The notes: generated by a model not told the origin, from the letters alone. A stretch of 56,888 nucleotides of DNA from a virus (IMGVR_UViG_3300023292_000011:1-56888), one strand, 5' to 3'. Positions 47,759 through 55,673 are shown, counted from the first letter of the stretch. A program made the numbers and translations.

Positions 47759-47979
47759 GTGAATTTTACAAAGATAGAATAGAACTCGGCGTGTGTTGTT
47801 CTAACGCTGCTGATGAAATGTATGATGCAAGGATTCAATTCAAGCATAATAACTTCGGTGAGTGTTCATGTGCATTAGCAAGAGCATTAGATAATCTTAA
47901 TAAGGCAATGAAAATGGCAAATGGTAAGTTGAAGTCTGGTGTAGAGGATAAAACAGATGGTAAAAGTAAAGACTGTTAA
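47755..47979 (+). CDS. Hypothetical protein
   Basis: AAGGAG RBS. Confidence 0.55.
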   Translation: MSEFYKDRIELGVCCSNAADEMYDARIQFKHNNFGECSCALARALDNLNKAMKMANGKLKSGVEDKTDGKSKDC

Positions 47980-48562
47980 GAAGGAAAACATATATAATGG
48001 CGTAGAGTTTGATTCACAAGAAGAGATTATGTTTTATATATGGCTTGTAGAAGCTGAGTTGAATGGCTTTATATTTCCTAAGAGTGTTGTGTATCATCCT
48101 GATCCTTTTCTATTGCAAGATAAGATTTCCGCTCCTTCCCTTAAAAGAATGAAAATTAAAAATAAGATAGTAATGAAACATTTATTGCATCCCATTACTT
48201 ATCAGGCTGATTTTAAAGTTACCTTTACTAAAAAGTTTCAAGATACTTTTATAAATCATGGATTATATTTTCCTGCTAAAAAAAATAAAGGAAAGATAGT
48301 TGAGGATCTTTGTGTATATTTTGATGTAAAGGGTGGTGTTGGTGCTAATTTGAACAGAAATAATTCTTCTGCTTATACTTTTATGCCTAAAATTAAGTGG
48401 CTATGGAACAAATACAATATATATATAAATAAACTTGTTCCAAAAAAATATTTTTCTAAGACTTTCTGTCCTGAACTGCTTTATTATTGCAAAAATAGAA
48501 AAGTGGCAACAGTAAGGTCTGCATTTAAACGGTGTAAGCTACTTAAAGACATTATTAAGTAA
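47957..48562 (+). CDS. DUF1064-like PD-(D/E)XK endonuclease (resolvase-like)
   Basis: NGVEFDSQEE, ITYQADF, FDVKGG. Confidence 0.75.
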   Translation: MVKVKTVKKENIYNGVEFDSQEEIMFYIWLVEAELNGFIFPKSVVYHPDPFLLQDKISAPSLKRMKIKNKIVMKHLLHPITYQADFKVTFTKKFQDTFINHGLYFPAKKNKGKIVEDLCVYFDVKGGVGANLNRNNSSAYTFMPKIKWLWNKYNIYINKLVPKKYFSKTFCPELLYYCKNRKVATVRSAFKRCKLLKDIIK

Positions 48563-48564
48563 AG

Positions 48565-48600
48565 AAATAGCCCTCTGAAGCGTATCAGGGGGCTATTTTT
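48565..48600. terminator. Bidirectional terminator between convergent operons
   Basis: AAATAGCCCTCTGA / TCAGGGGGCTATTT stem with A and T flanks. Confidence 0.85.
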
Positions 48601-48630
48601 ATGTTTACGATGATTCTTGTTAGTTATAAT

Positions 48631-48888
48631 TTACTTTCTCCTTGAAAAGTATAAGCGTCTCTCTACTGGCTTAGTTTTAGGTTTCCACTTACCAGGTATC
48701 CATCTACCGAACTGACACTTAGTACATCTTAGGTCTGTAAAACTCTTGCTTGTTATAAAAGTATGCCCACAGTGAGCACAATGGTATTTTCTGCGTTCCA
48801 CTACCTCTAAAAGCGTAAAATTCTTATTCATCAACACCATATCATCATCAGTCAATTTTGATCCATCCATTTTAATTATTCCTTTCAA
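48631..48888 (-). CDS. Zinc-ribbon protein
   Basis: CAHCGH..CTKC. Confidence 0.6.
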   Translation of the reverse strand: MKGIIKMDGSKLTDDDMVLMNKNFTLLEVVERRKYHCAHCGHTFITSKSFTDLRCTKCQFGRWIPGKWKPKTKPVERRLYFSRRK

Positions 48889-49219
48889 ATTTTCGTCTCT
48901 TATCTTTTTCGTAATAGTAATCGTTTCTTATGCACGCCCTGATATATTCGGAGTTTGTAAGTTTCTTTACCTTAACAAGATACTTCAGCATTTCAATCTC
49001 TTCTCTGTACAGATTGAAACCTTTTACTTTTACTTTCAGCTTCGGGTCTTTGGCAGGTCTGCCTTTTGTCTGTGTACCTTTGTATAAAGGATTATCCTTT
49101 GGCATAACTGGTTCTTTTATGTGTGATCTCTTTATGTAGCCTATTTTAATCACCTCCCTTGTTATCGTCTGGCGTGTCTTCTTTGTCGTCTCCTGTGTAG
49201 GCTTCTTCTGGTTCTTCAA
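48872..49219 (-). CDS. RHH-type DNA-binding protein with an AT-hook-like KGRP; start uncertain
   Basis: KVKGFNL strand, LTNSEYIRACI helix. Confidence 0.55.
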   Translation of the reverse strand: MKNQKKPTQETTKKTRQTITREVIKIGYIKRSHIKEPVMPKDNPLYKGTQTKGRPAKDPKLKVKVKGFNLYREEIEMLKYLVKVKKLTNSEYIRACIRNDYYYEKDKRRKFERNN

Positions 49220-49285
49220 TGAATGATTTGAAAAAACTATCCTTCAGGGTTTCAGACACTAAACAATTTTTGATAATACAATCTT

Positions 49286-49453
49286 TCATTTTTTATCTTT
49301 CCTTTCATTTGCATCATAGGCAATATCAATTTCCATTTTCTTCCGGCAGGTTTTACACATACCATGAGAAAAAATATTGTCCTTGGACGGTTTCATAATG
49401 AATCCACAGTAAGAACATTTAAAGCCTATTTCTTGACCTTTATTATTCAGCAT
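49286..49453 (-). CDS. Small zinc-finger protein (not in track)
   Basis: CSYCG...SHGMCKTC. Confidence 0.5.
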   Translation of the reverse strand: MLNNKGQEIGFKCSYCGFIMKPSKDNIFSHGMCKTCRKKMEIDIAYDANERKDKK

Positions 49454-49535
49454 GGTTTGCCTTCTTTCTTTATCCAGGACTTGAGACCTGAACTGTCCTT
49501 TAATATCGGATGTATAGTCCGATACCTCTCAGGGA

Positions 49536-49787
49536 TTAATCAAATATTCTCATTTCCCATGATTCTTTATTTGGATATATCAATTTAAAAGCTTTATTTG
49601 TTTTAAACTCTGCAATCATGTTATTTGCTATTTGCTTTAACTCTTCGTCTGTCTTTGCTGAAAAACTTTTACCTTGTTGCCTACCTTCATAAACTAAAAT
49701 AGCATCCTTTGTTATATCTCCTATTACGACTCCTCTTACTGATTCAATCATTTTTTTCCTCTTTCGTTCCTTAATATTAAATACCAT
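49536..49787 (-). CDS. Hypothetical protein (start probably 49751)
   Basis: GAGG RBS before the second ATG. Confidence 0.5.
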   Translation of the reverse strand: MVFNIKERKRKKMIESVRGVVIGDITKDAILVYEGRQQGKSFSAKTDEELKQIANNMIAEFKTNKAFKLIYPNKESWEMRIFD

Positions 49788-49835
49788 GTTATGCAGCTTG
49801 TAACGCTGTAAACTATTGCACCAAGTATAATGTAT

Positions 49836-49985
49836 TTATCTGACATACTCAAACTCGCTTCTGGTTCGGATTACAAGCTTTCCAGTATGTTTAAGTGCTA
49901 TGGTGTAAATAGTTCCTCTCTGGCTTATGATTGTGCCTTGTGTGCAGTCTTTTAAATAAACTTGTTTCCCTATGTTGAATCGCAT
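49836..49985 (-). CDS. 49-aa SH3-like hypothetical protein (not in track)
   Basis: AAAGGA RBS; MRFNIGKQVYL..GTII. Confidence 0.45.
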   Translation of the reverse strand: MRFNIGKQVYLKDCTQGTIISQRGTIYTIALKHTGKLVIRTRSEFEYVR

Positions 49986-50056
49986 TGTTATTAATTCCTT
50001 TCCATTATTTCAAGAGCCCAACTGTTTCAAGTGTTGCCATGATATCCCCTCTCAGT

Positions 50057-50275
50057 CTAATAAAAACAACTGTGATAATCGTCAATTCCGAAGTCGACTA
50101 TTTCAGCACATATTATGTCTGTGTGGTCTGTTGCTTCGTCTGTGATTGCATATCCGTAAGTTTCTTTGATAATGCAAAATTCCTCTATGTCATAATTTTC
50201 TTTTGCTTCCGCATCGTTTGCCATTTCAGAAAGCTTTTTTAGTGCTTTGTTGTAATCTTCAAATTTTAACATCAT
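50057..50275 (-). CDS. Acidic hypothetical protein
   Basis: AAGGGAG RBS. Confidence 0.6.
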   Translation of the reverse strand: MMLKFEDYNKALKKLSEMANDAEAKENYDIEEFCIIKETYGYAITDEATDHTDIICAEIVDFGIDDYHSCFY

Positions 50276-50311
50276 GTTTTATACTCTCCCTTATATTTAT
50301 TTGGTTGTAAT

Positions 50312-50352
50312 AAAAAAACCCGATATAACATCAATTAAGACATTATATCGGG
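50312..50352 (-). terminator. Terminator of the early operon
   Basis: Minus strand CCCGATATAA..TTATATCGGG then T7. Confidence 0.8.
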
Positions 50353-50407
50353 CTAACCGAATAATTTGATTTAAGGTTCAAATTAGCAAAAACCTTTTAA
50401 TTGTTTT

Positions 50408-50977
50408 TTAGAAACTTGCAAGCTTAATTTCTTGCCAGTCTCCATTTTCAGTCCAGTCTTCCAGAACTATCCAGCCGACGTTAGAAAGTTTGACGGCTTT
50501 AAAAAACCATGAATCACCATCACCACACTGGTTTTCACCAAGCTCCAAGGTTGCTCCTTTTTTTGCTTGTGTTAAGGCCTCAAAGAAGGCCTGAAATCCC
50601 TCTTTTACTTCTTCTTCGGTTGGGATGTCATCCTCTATGTGATTAGACCCATCGGTATTAGCGGAAGGGATATAAGAAACACCATCCAAAATATTCCAAG
50701 CACAACCACCACCTGCACTTGTTTCGTGATTCCAAGGTGCTGGGGCAGTTTGTATCCTTGAAATAAGTTTTTTTTCTGAAAGGATCTGAATATCTCCAAG
50801 ATTGAACTGTGGGTTGAAATCTTTGTGAGAGGATTTAAATGTTTCCACAAAGAAGTTTTTTAACTCCTTGTGGATTTTCACGGTCGTTAAACCGCTTTTG
50901 TAAACTATCTTTGTTAAAAAATCATTTACTTGCCTGGTCTCTTGGTTTCTTCTTGCTTTTAATGTTGTAAAGTTCAT
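50408..50977 (-). CDS. Hypothetical early protein
   Basis: AAGGGAG RBS; 189 aa. Confidence 0.7.
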   Translation of the reverse strand: MNFTTLKARRNQETRQVNDFLTKIVYKSGLTTVKIHKELKNFFVETFKSSHKDFNPQFNLGDIQILSEKKLISRIQTAPAPWNHETSAGGGCAWNILDGVSYIPSANTDGSNHIEDDIPTEEEVKEGFQAFFEALTQAKKGATLELGENQCGDGDSWFFKAVKLSNVGWIVLEDWTENGDWQEIKLASF

Positions 50978-51050
50978 ATTAATTCTCCCTTTTTCGATTC
51001 TTATCCAGAACCGCCCACAAGAATTTAAGAGCTTGTTTTCTCTTTGGTTT

Positions 51051-51107
51051 CCTATTAGCCCAATTAAGGGCTTTCGACCGATTACCGTTCGGCTCTCTTC
51101 AAACAGG
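51051..51107 (-). ncRNA. Hammerhead ribozyme candidate (type I, U3 variant)
   Basis: CCUGU-UUGAAGA-GAGCCGA(ACGGUAA)UCGGUC-GAAA-GCCC(UUAAUU)GGGC-UA-AUAGG. Confidence 0.7.
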
Positions 51108-51509
51108 TTAGTTAATTAAGAAGTCAACACCATGATTTTTAGCGGTTTGGATTATTTTATGCGCCATAAAAGCAAACCAAGAATTTACCATATTATCTTT
51201 TTGTTTTTCGGTATAGCTTTTATCGTCTGTGAAGTTATGGAGCTTTTTGCAGGTTTCGAAAATCTGGTAATAAGTATAATCAAGATTAAAAGCTGTAGGA
51301 AGGCCGGAAAGCCATTCCTTTAAAACATTTTCAATGCTGCCATATCTTTTAAGATGTGCTGGAAAAACATATTCAGTGCAAAAGCGATCTTTTAAAGTTT
51401 GAAGTTTTTCGGTTTCTGTCATGTTTTTTGGATATGTTTCTATATCGTCCATACACTCAAAAATATATGTTTCCATTCTGCCATTAAATTCTTTTGTATT
51501 TGTTTTCAT
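51108..51509 (-). CDS. Hypothetical early protein
   Basis: GGGAGGT RBS; EWLSGLP motif. Confidence 0.7.
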   Translation of the reverse strand: MKTNTKEFNGRMETYIFECMDDIETYPKNMTETEKLQTLKDRFCTEYVFPAHLKRYGSIENVLKEWLSGLPTAFNLDYTYYQIFETCKKLHNFTDDKSYTEKQKDNMVNSWFAFMAHKIIQTAKNHGVDFLIN

Positions 51510-51634
51510 AATTAATACCTCCCAGTATTGTTATTATTGTTTAACCTGTCTCATCAGTGCCAAGCAGTAGTTTAATTTCGTCAATATGCGCTATTTCTAC
51601 AATAAAATTGTAGATGTATAATCCTATTCTGCTT

Positions 51635-52006
51635 TTAAAAGTTTTCATAATTTGCGACTGTATGTATAATATTTGATATCATTTCTGTTGTGAAAATAAA
51701 TTGATATTTCTTTGTCCCACATTGATATCTTTCAATTTTGGATATATCCCAGCTCGATTTTTTTCTAATAAGAGTGAATTGTGTACTTTCAGGAGTACCT
51801 TTATATCTCCCCGAAAATTTTTGTGCTTCAGGATCTACATTTACTTTTGTATCAACCCAGTACTTTTTCGGTGAATACTGGGAAAGATATTTCTCGATTT
51901 TTTTGATTTCTGTTAAAATATCTTGATAATTAATATTTCTCGATCTGGATCTGCTTTGGCATTTTGCCAATTCTGCTGTTATTTTCTTTTCATTGTTAAT
52001 ATTCAT
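51635..52006 (-). CDS. Hypothetical early protein
   Basis: GGGAGGT RBS before ATG 52006. Confidence 0.7.
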   Translation of the reverse strand: MNINNEKKITAELAKCQSRSRSRNINYQDILTEIKKIEKYLSQYSPKKYWVDTKVNVDPEAQKFSGRYKGTPESTQFTLIRKKSSWDISKIERYQCGTKKYQFIFTTEMISNIIHTVANYENF

Positions 52007-52042
52007 TGTCAATACCTCCCAGTATTACTTTAAGAATGTTAC

Positions 52043-52106
52043 GCAGGGCTTGAGACCTGCTAAGCCCTTTAATAAGAGAGCAATTAAACCCTCTTATCTC
52101 TCAGGA
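52043..52106 (-). ncRNA. Twister ribozyme candidate (P5-type permutation)
   Basis: CCU-GAGAG-AUAAGAG..CUCUUAU-UAA-AGG-GC-UUA-GCAGG(UCUCAAGC)CCUGC. Confidence 0.75.
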
Positions 52107-52107
52107 T

Positions 52108-52677
52108 TTAAGCAGCTTCCCAGAGTTCTTCTATTTGCCAACCTTCAAGCGTTCCACCTGTTTTTATTTTATCGTCCTTTGTGTAAACATCATAATAAAT
52201 ATTATTTAAGCTATAATCTTTTACTATATCTTCAATAATATTTAATTGATTTCGTTTAATATTATCGTTTATTCTTACTGTTAAATCTCCATCTGATATG
52301 TGAACTGTAATTATTTGTTCGTTGTACCAAGTATCAATATCTATTATTCTGTGATCATCACCAGGTATTGACACCATAGAACCATCGGAAAATATAAATC
52401 CATGATCGCCAGCATGACCAGTAAAACAATTATAATCTTCTTTTCTTTTTTCAAGGTATTCGTTAAAATTTGAATCTTCTATAAATGCAGAATCTGATAA
52501 AGGGCTTTCTTCTTCTTCTTTATACCATGTACAAAACTCTTCAAAATTACAACATACGATTTCAAAAGCTTTTTGTTCTGCTATTGTTTCAAAACTTTCT
52601 GACCATGTTATAAATTCTTGTTCTAAGTTTTCGTATCTCTCAGTTATATCTTTTATTTCTTCTTGTAAAAAACTCAT
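52108..52677 (-). CDS. Acidic hypothetical early protein
   Basis: AAGGAGGT RBS; GFIFSDG..DHR motif. Confidence 0.7.
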   Translation of the reverse strand: MSFLQEEIKDITERYENLEQEFITWSESFETIAEQKAFEIVCCNFEEFCTWYKEEEESPLSDSAFIEDSNFNEYLEKRKEDYNCFTGHAGDHGFIFSDGSMVSIPGDDHRIIDIDTWYNEQIITVHISDGDLTVRINDNIKRNQLNIIEDIVKDYSLNNIYYDVYTKDDKIKTGGTLEGWQIEELWEAA

Positions 52678-52689
52678 GTTAATACCTCC

Positions 52690-52893
52690 TTATATTTTTG
52701 ATACTAATTCTTTTAATTCTTTTAATGTTTTAGCTTTAATTTCACCGTCGAAAGCTGTGTATATATCATCTCTAACTTTTATTATTTTATTTGTTTTATA
52801 ATCAAAGTCTTTTTCAAAATTGTATAATGCTATGCACTTAAATTCACATCCATTTGAATCTTTAGTTATAAATGTTTTTGTTGTCATATTCAT
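52690..52893 (-). CDS. Hypothetical protein, first gene of the early operon
   Basis: AAAGGA RBS, downstream of a consensus promoter. Confidence 0.65.
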   Translation of the reverse strand: MNMTTKTFITKDSNGCEFKCIALYNFEKDFDYKTNKIIKVRDDIYTAFDGEIKAKTLKELKELVSKI

Positions 52894-52943
52894 TTTGTTA
52901 TTCCTTTCATTTATTTGTCTTACATTAAACCCCGATTTCCTTA

Positions 52944-52971
52944 ATTATACTCCTATATCGTATCATGTCAA
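52944..52971 (-). promoter_or_regulatory. Strong early sigma70 promoter
   Basis: Minus strand TTGACA-16-TATAAT with AT-rich UP-like region. Confidence 0.85.
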
Positions 52972-53079
52972 TGGGTTATTTAATTATTTTTCATTTTATT
53001 TATATTTAATTTGTACTTGCCAGTAATACCAGTACATCCAAGCGTTATATATATACATCTATATTATATATAACTCATA

Positions 53080-53120
53080 GGTAACGGTAAGTAACGGTGG
53101 GTAACGATTGGTAACGGTAG
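53080..53120. repeat. Four GTAACG repeats at ~10-11 bp spacing
   Basis: GGTAACGGTAA GTAACGGTGG GTAACGATTG GTAACGGTAG. Confidence 0.75.
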
Positions 53121-54000
53121 TGGTCATGTGTATATTGTCACTTTTATAGCCATATTGCCAATAAATTCTCATAATGATACACTTTGTTTATATATATCTC
53201 CATATCTCATATATCCCCTGAACCAGTTCAATATAATATATATCGTCTGCAATATATCATCATATCCCTACATCATCACACAGTAGCTTTACAGGCTCTT
53301 ATATATAGTATTATATATATATCTATATATAGGAAGATATCGGCATCATGCTTCAATCACGATTCATTGTGTTGCTATATGCTGTCATCATTATTATATA
53401 TATCATTATTCAATCATTGCAGAAATATATCAGCATATCCACATATAGAGCTATATCATACAGGAGAATAGCATATACCACCCCGATATATATTATCATC
53501 ATGATCATTATATATAGAGATAGATGTTTATATTATGTTGTTTGCCTGGTCATTATGTTAGATCATGTTTTTTCAAGGATTTATTCCTGGCCATGGTAGG
53601 GTAGGGGATGGATTTCAGAATTTATTTATTAGATACTATATACATCCCTATGATTATATATGGGGTAAATTACTCGTAGGAATAGGCCCCTATGATTATA
53701 TATTACCTTATATTTTCTGTAGAATGATGTTTCATAAATCATTATCCGCCATGTTAGTTGTCATATTAATCATTATTCATAAAAAATATAAAAAAATTAA
53801 AAAAAATAAAGCATTGAAAACCGTTGATATCACTTAGATATAAAAATTATTTTAAAAAATTAAAAAAAAAATTAAAATAAAATGAATGGAATGAATGTAA
53901 AAACAGTCTAACAAGTAAAGCTTGGCACAAGCTTGAGAATGTTCACAGGCTCACGCTCTCAGCTTGCTGAAGCACTTGTTAGTTTTAGAAATAATCTCAC

Positions 54001-54036
54001 TTAGTTAGTTAATAACTTACTTAGTTAGTTAGTTAG
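54001..54036. repeat. (TTAG)n short tandem repeats
   Basis: TTAGTTAGTT..TTAGTTAGTTAGTTAG. Confidence 0.7.
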
Positions 54037-54081
54037 CGTGTAAGACAAATAAACAAATAGTATATATAAACAAAATAATAG

Positions 54082-54110
54082 TTGTATGAAATTAAAAAAG
54101 TAAGTATAAT
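54082..54110 (+). promoter_or_regulatory. Sigma70 promoter for a candidate sRNA
   Basis: TTGTAT-17-TATAAT. Confidence 0.6.
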
Positions 54111-54116
54111 TAAATA

Positions 54117-54212
54117 GACATTAAAAATCTCCAATCGAATATTGCTAACTCTCTCAGGTTACGGTGTTCTATCTCCCTTAAAGGTATGTGTTTAGCGGCA
54201 CATGCCTTTTTT
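54117..54212 (+). ncRNA. Candidate ~95-nt small RNA with CU-rich anti-SD segments
   Basis: Bounded by promoter and terminator; no credible ORF. Confidence 0.45.
54180..54212 (+). terminator. Intrinsic terminator
   Basis: AAAGGTATGTG / CACATGCCTTT then T-tract. Confidence 0.8.
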
Positions 54213-54214
54213 AT

Positions 54215-54242
54215 TTGCAAAAGATAGATATTAGTGTATAAT
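54215..54242 (+). promoter_or_regulatory. Sigma70 promoter for the DUF2829 gene
   Basis: TTGCAA-16-TATAAT. Confidence 0.65.
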
Positions 54243-54282
54243 GAAAGTGTAATACAAATAGATAATAAGGGAGATTAACATT

Positions 54283-54612
54283 ATGATGATTTGTGGTTTA
54301 ACAAATGAAGAAAGAGCAAATGGAACATTATGCAGATCAATGGATTGTAAAGCTTGTACAGAATTTAGGAGTAAAGGGTTAGCACCAAGACTTTTTGGAT
54401 TTGGAGAAGCTATACATGTTTTACAAAGGAATGGCAAGATTACTCGTGATGGATGGAATGACAAGGGTCAATATGTATGTTTGCAATGCCCTGATGAAAA
54501 TTCAAAAATGACACAACCTTATATGTATCTTAAAAATGCACAAGGTGGCTTAATTCCTTGGATTCCTTCCCAGGGCGATGTCTTAACTTATGATTGGAAA
54601 GAAATGGATTAA
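54283..54612 (+). CDS. tad2: DUF2829 / Tad2-family anti-defence sponge protein with Cys-rich N-terminal extension
   Basis: FGEAI..L..G.I.R.GWN.KGQYV, PYMYLKNAQG.LIPWIPSQGDVL..DW. Confidence 0.8.
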   Translation: MMICGLTNEERANGTLCRSMDCKACTEFRSKGLAPRLFGFGEAIHVLQRNGKITRDGWNDKGQYVCLQCPDENSKMTQPYMYLKNAQGGLIPWIPSQGDVLTYDWKEMD

Positions 54613-54645
54613 CAAAGCATAACTTCACTCAATAATAAGATTATC

Positions 54646-54687
54646 AATCCTCAGTATGGTAACAATATTACTTACTGAGGATTTTTT
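54646..54687 (+). terminator. Terminator after the DUF2829 gene
   Basis: AATCCTCAGTA / TACTGAGGATT then T-tract. Confidence 0.75.
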
Positions 54688-54723
54688 ATATATAAAAATA
54701 ATAATATATATTGATAATAACAC

Positions 54724-54760
54724 TTGTCTTACAATTAATATTGAAGTATAATGTAAGACA
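54724..54760 (+). promoter_or_regulatory. Promoter overlapped by a TGTCTTACA/TGTAAGACA inverted repeat
   Basis: TTGTCT-17-TATAAT; IR arms at 54725-54733 and 54752-54760. Confidence 0.65.
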
Positions 54761-54771
54761 GGAGGTGAATA

Positions 54772-55491
54772 ATGATTGAAATTTTAAAGTCTATGGTTAA
54801 TTTTAAAGAAGTTAAGAAAGGTGATTTTGTTTTATTATTAGAATTTAATAATGAAGGAATGAATAAAATTCAAACTCTTGAAGGTAAGGTTTATTTTATT
54901 AATTATAGTCCTGTTTGTAGTTTTAAAAACACAAGAATTGTAGAAAAACTTAAAAATAAAGTTTTACAAGCAAGAGATCTTAATAATATTTTAAAACCAC
55001 GAATTTTATTTTTAGACAAATCTGAATTTACTTTTTTGAGTTCAGGTATTAGCATATTTTCTATTTCAGGATTAACAGAAATGATGAATTATACTCAAGA
55101 AGTCATTAAACAAATTTATGAAAATATAGATTCAATATCTTTTGAAAAAAATGAAGATACTGACTCTGAACCTTTTGATTATTTTTGTAGAAGATCACCG
55201 GATTATTTAAAAGGTTTTCTTGTTAAAGATTGTAAAAAATATATTAAAGGAATATGTATAATGAAAAAACTTAAAGATTTTTTTGAAAGAATTATATTTA
55301 ATGGTAAAACAACTATTACATACGCAAGTAATAAAAAAGTTATAGTTACTTGTTCAAAGGACGATGAACACGATCCTACTGTAGCTATGGCGTTATCTTT
55401 TGCCTATCATTCGTTTGGTGGTAAGAGAAAGTTTAAAGAACTTGTACAGAGAGAATTTAATAAACAAGCAAAGCAACATCTTAAAAAATAA
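54772..55491 (+). CDS. Hypothetical protein with a conserved-looking phage C-terminal domain
   Basis: AGGAGGTGA RBS; IIFNGKTTI..VTCSKDDEHDP..AMA. Confidence 0.7.
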   Translation: MIEILKSMVNFKEVKKGDFVLLLEFNNEGMNKIQTLEGKVYFINYSPVCSFKNTRIVEKLKNKVLQARDLNNILKPRILFLDKSEFTFLSSGISIFSISGLTEMMNYTQEVIKQIYENIDSISFEKNEDTDSEPFDYFCRRSPDYLKGFLVKDCKKYIKGICIMKKLKDFFERIIFNGKTTITYASNKKVIVTCSKDDEHDPTVAMALSFAYHSFGGKRKFKELVQREFNKQAKQHLKK

Positions 55492-55505
55492 ACAGGAGAG
55501 TAACA

Positions 55506-55673
55506 ATGACAATTAAAAAAAGAGCAACTAAAAAAGAAGTATTAACAGAGAAGATGGATCTTAGATTAAAGAAACATCATAAGGAAAAGATACTTAAAGT
55601 TGCCTGTTCAGAAAACATCAGTCCTTCAGCAGCAGTAAGATTCATGATAAAGGAACATAAGGTTAATGTATGA
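55506..55673 (+). CDS. Ribbon-helix-helix protein (55 aa, not in track)
   Basis: AGGAG RBS; KMDLRL strand, ENISPSAAVRFMI. Confidence 0.6.
   Translation: MTIKKRATKKEVLTEKMDLRLKKHHKEKILKVACSENISPSAAVRFMIKEHKVNV

Noticed and set aside
53184-53837. ORFs 53184-53471, 53348-53599 and 53565-53837
   Set aside because: Low-complexity Ile/Tyr-rich translations of AT repeats, no RBS, mutually overlapping.
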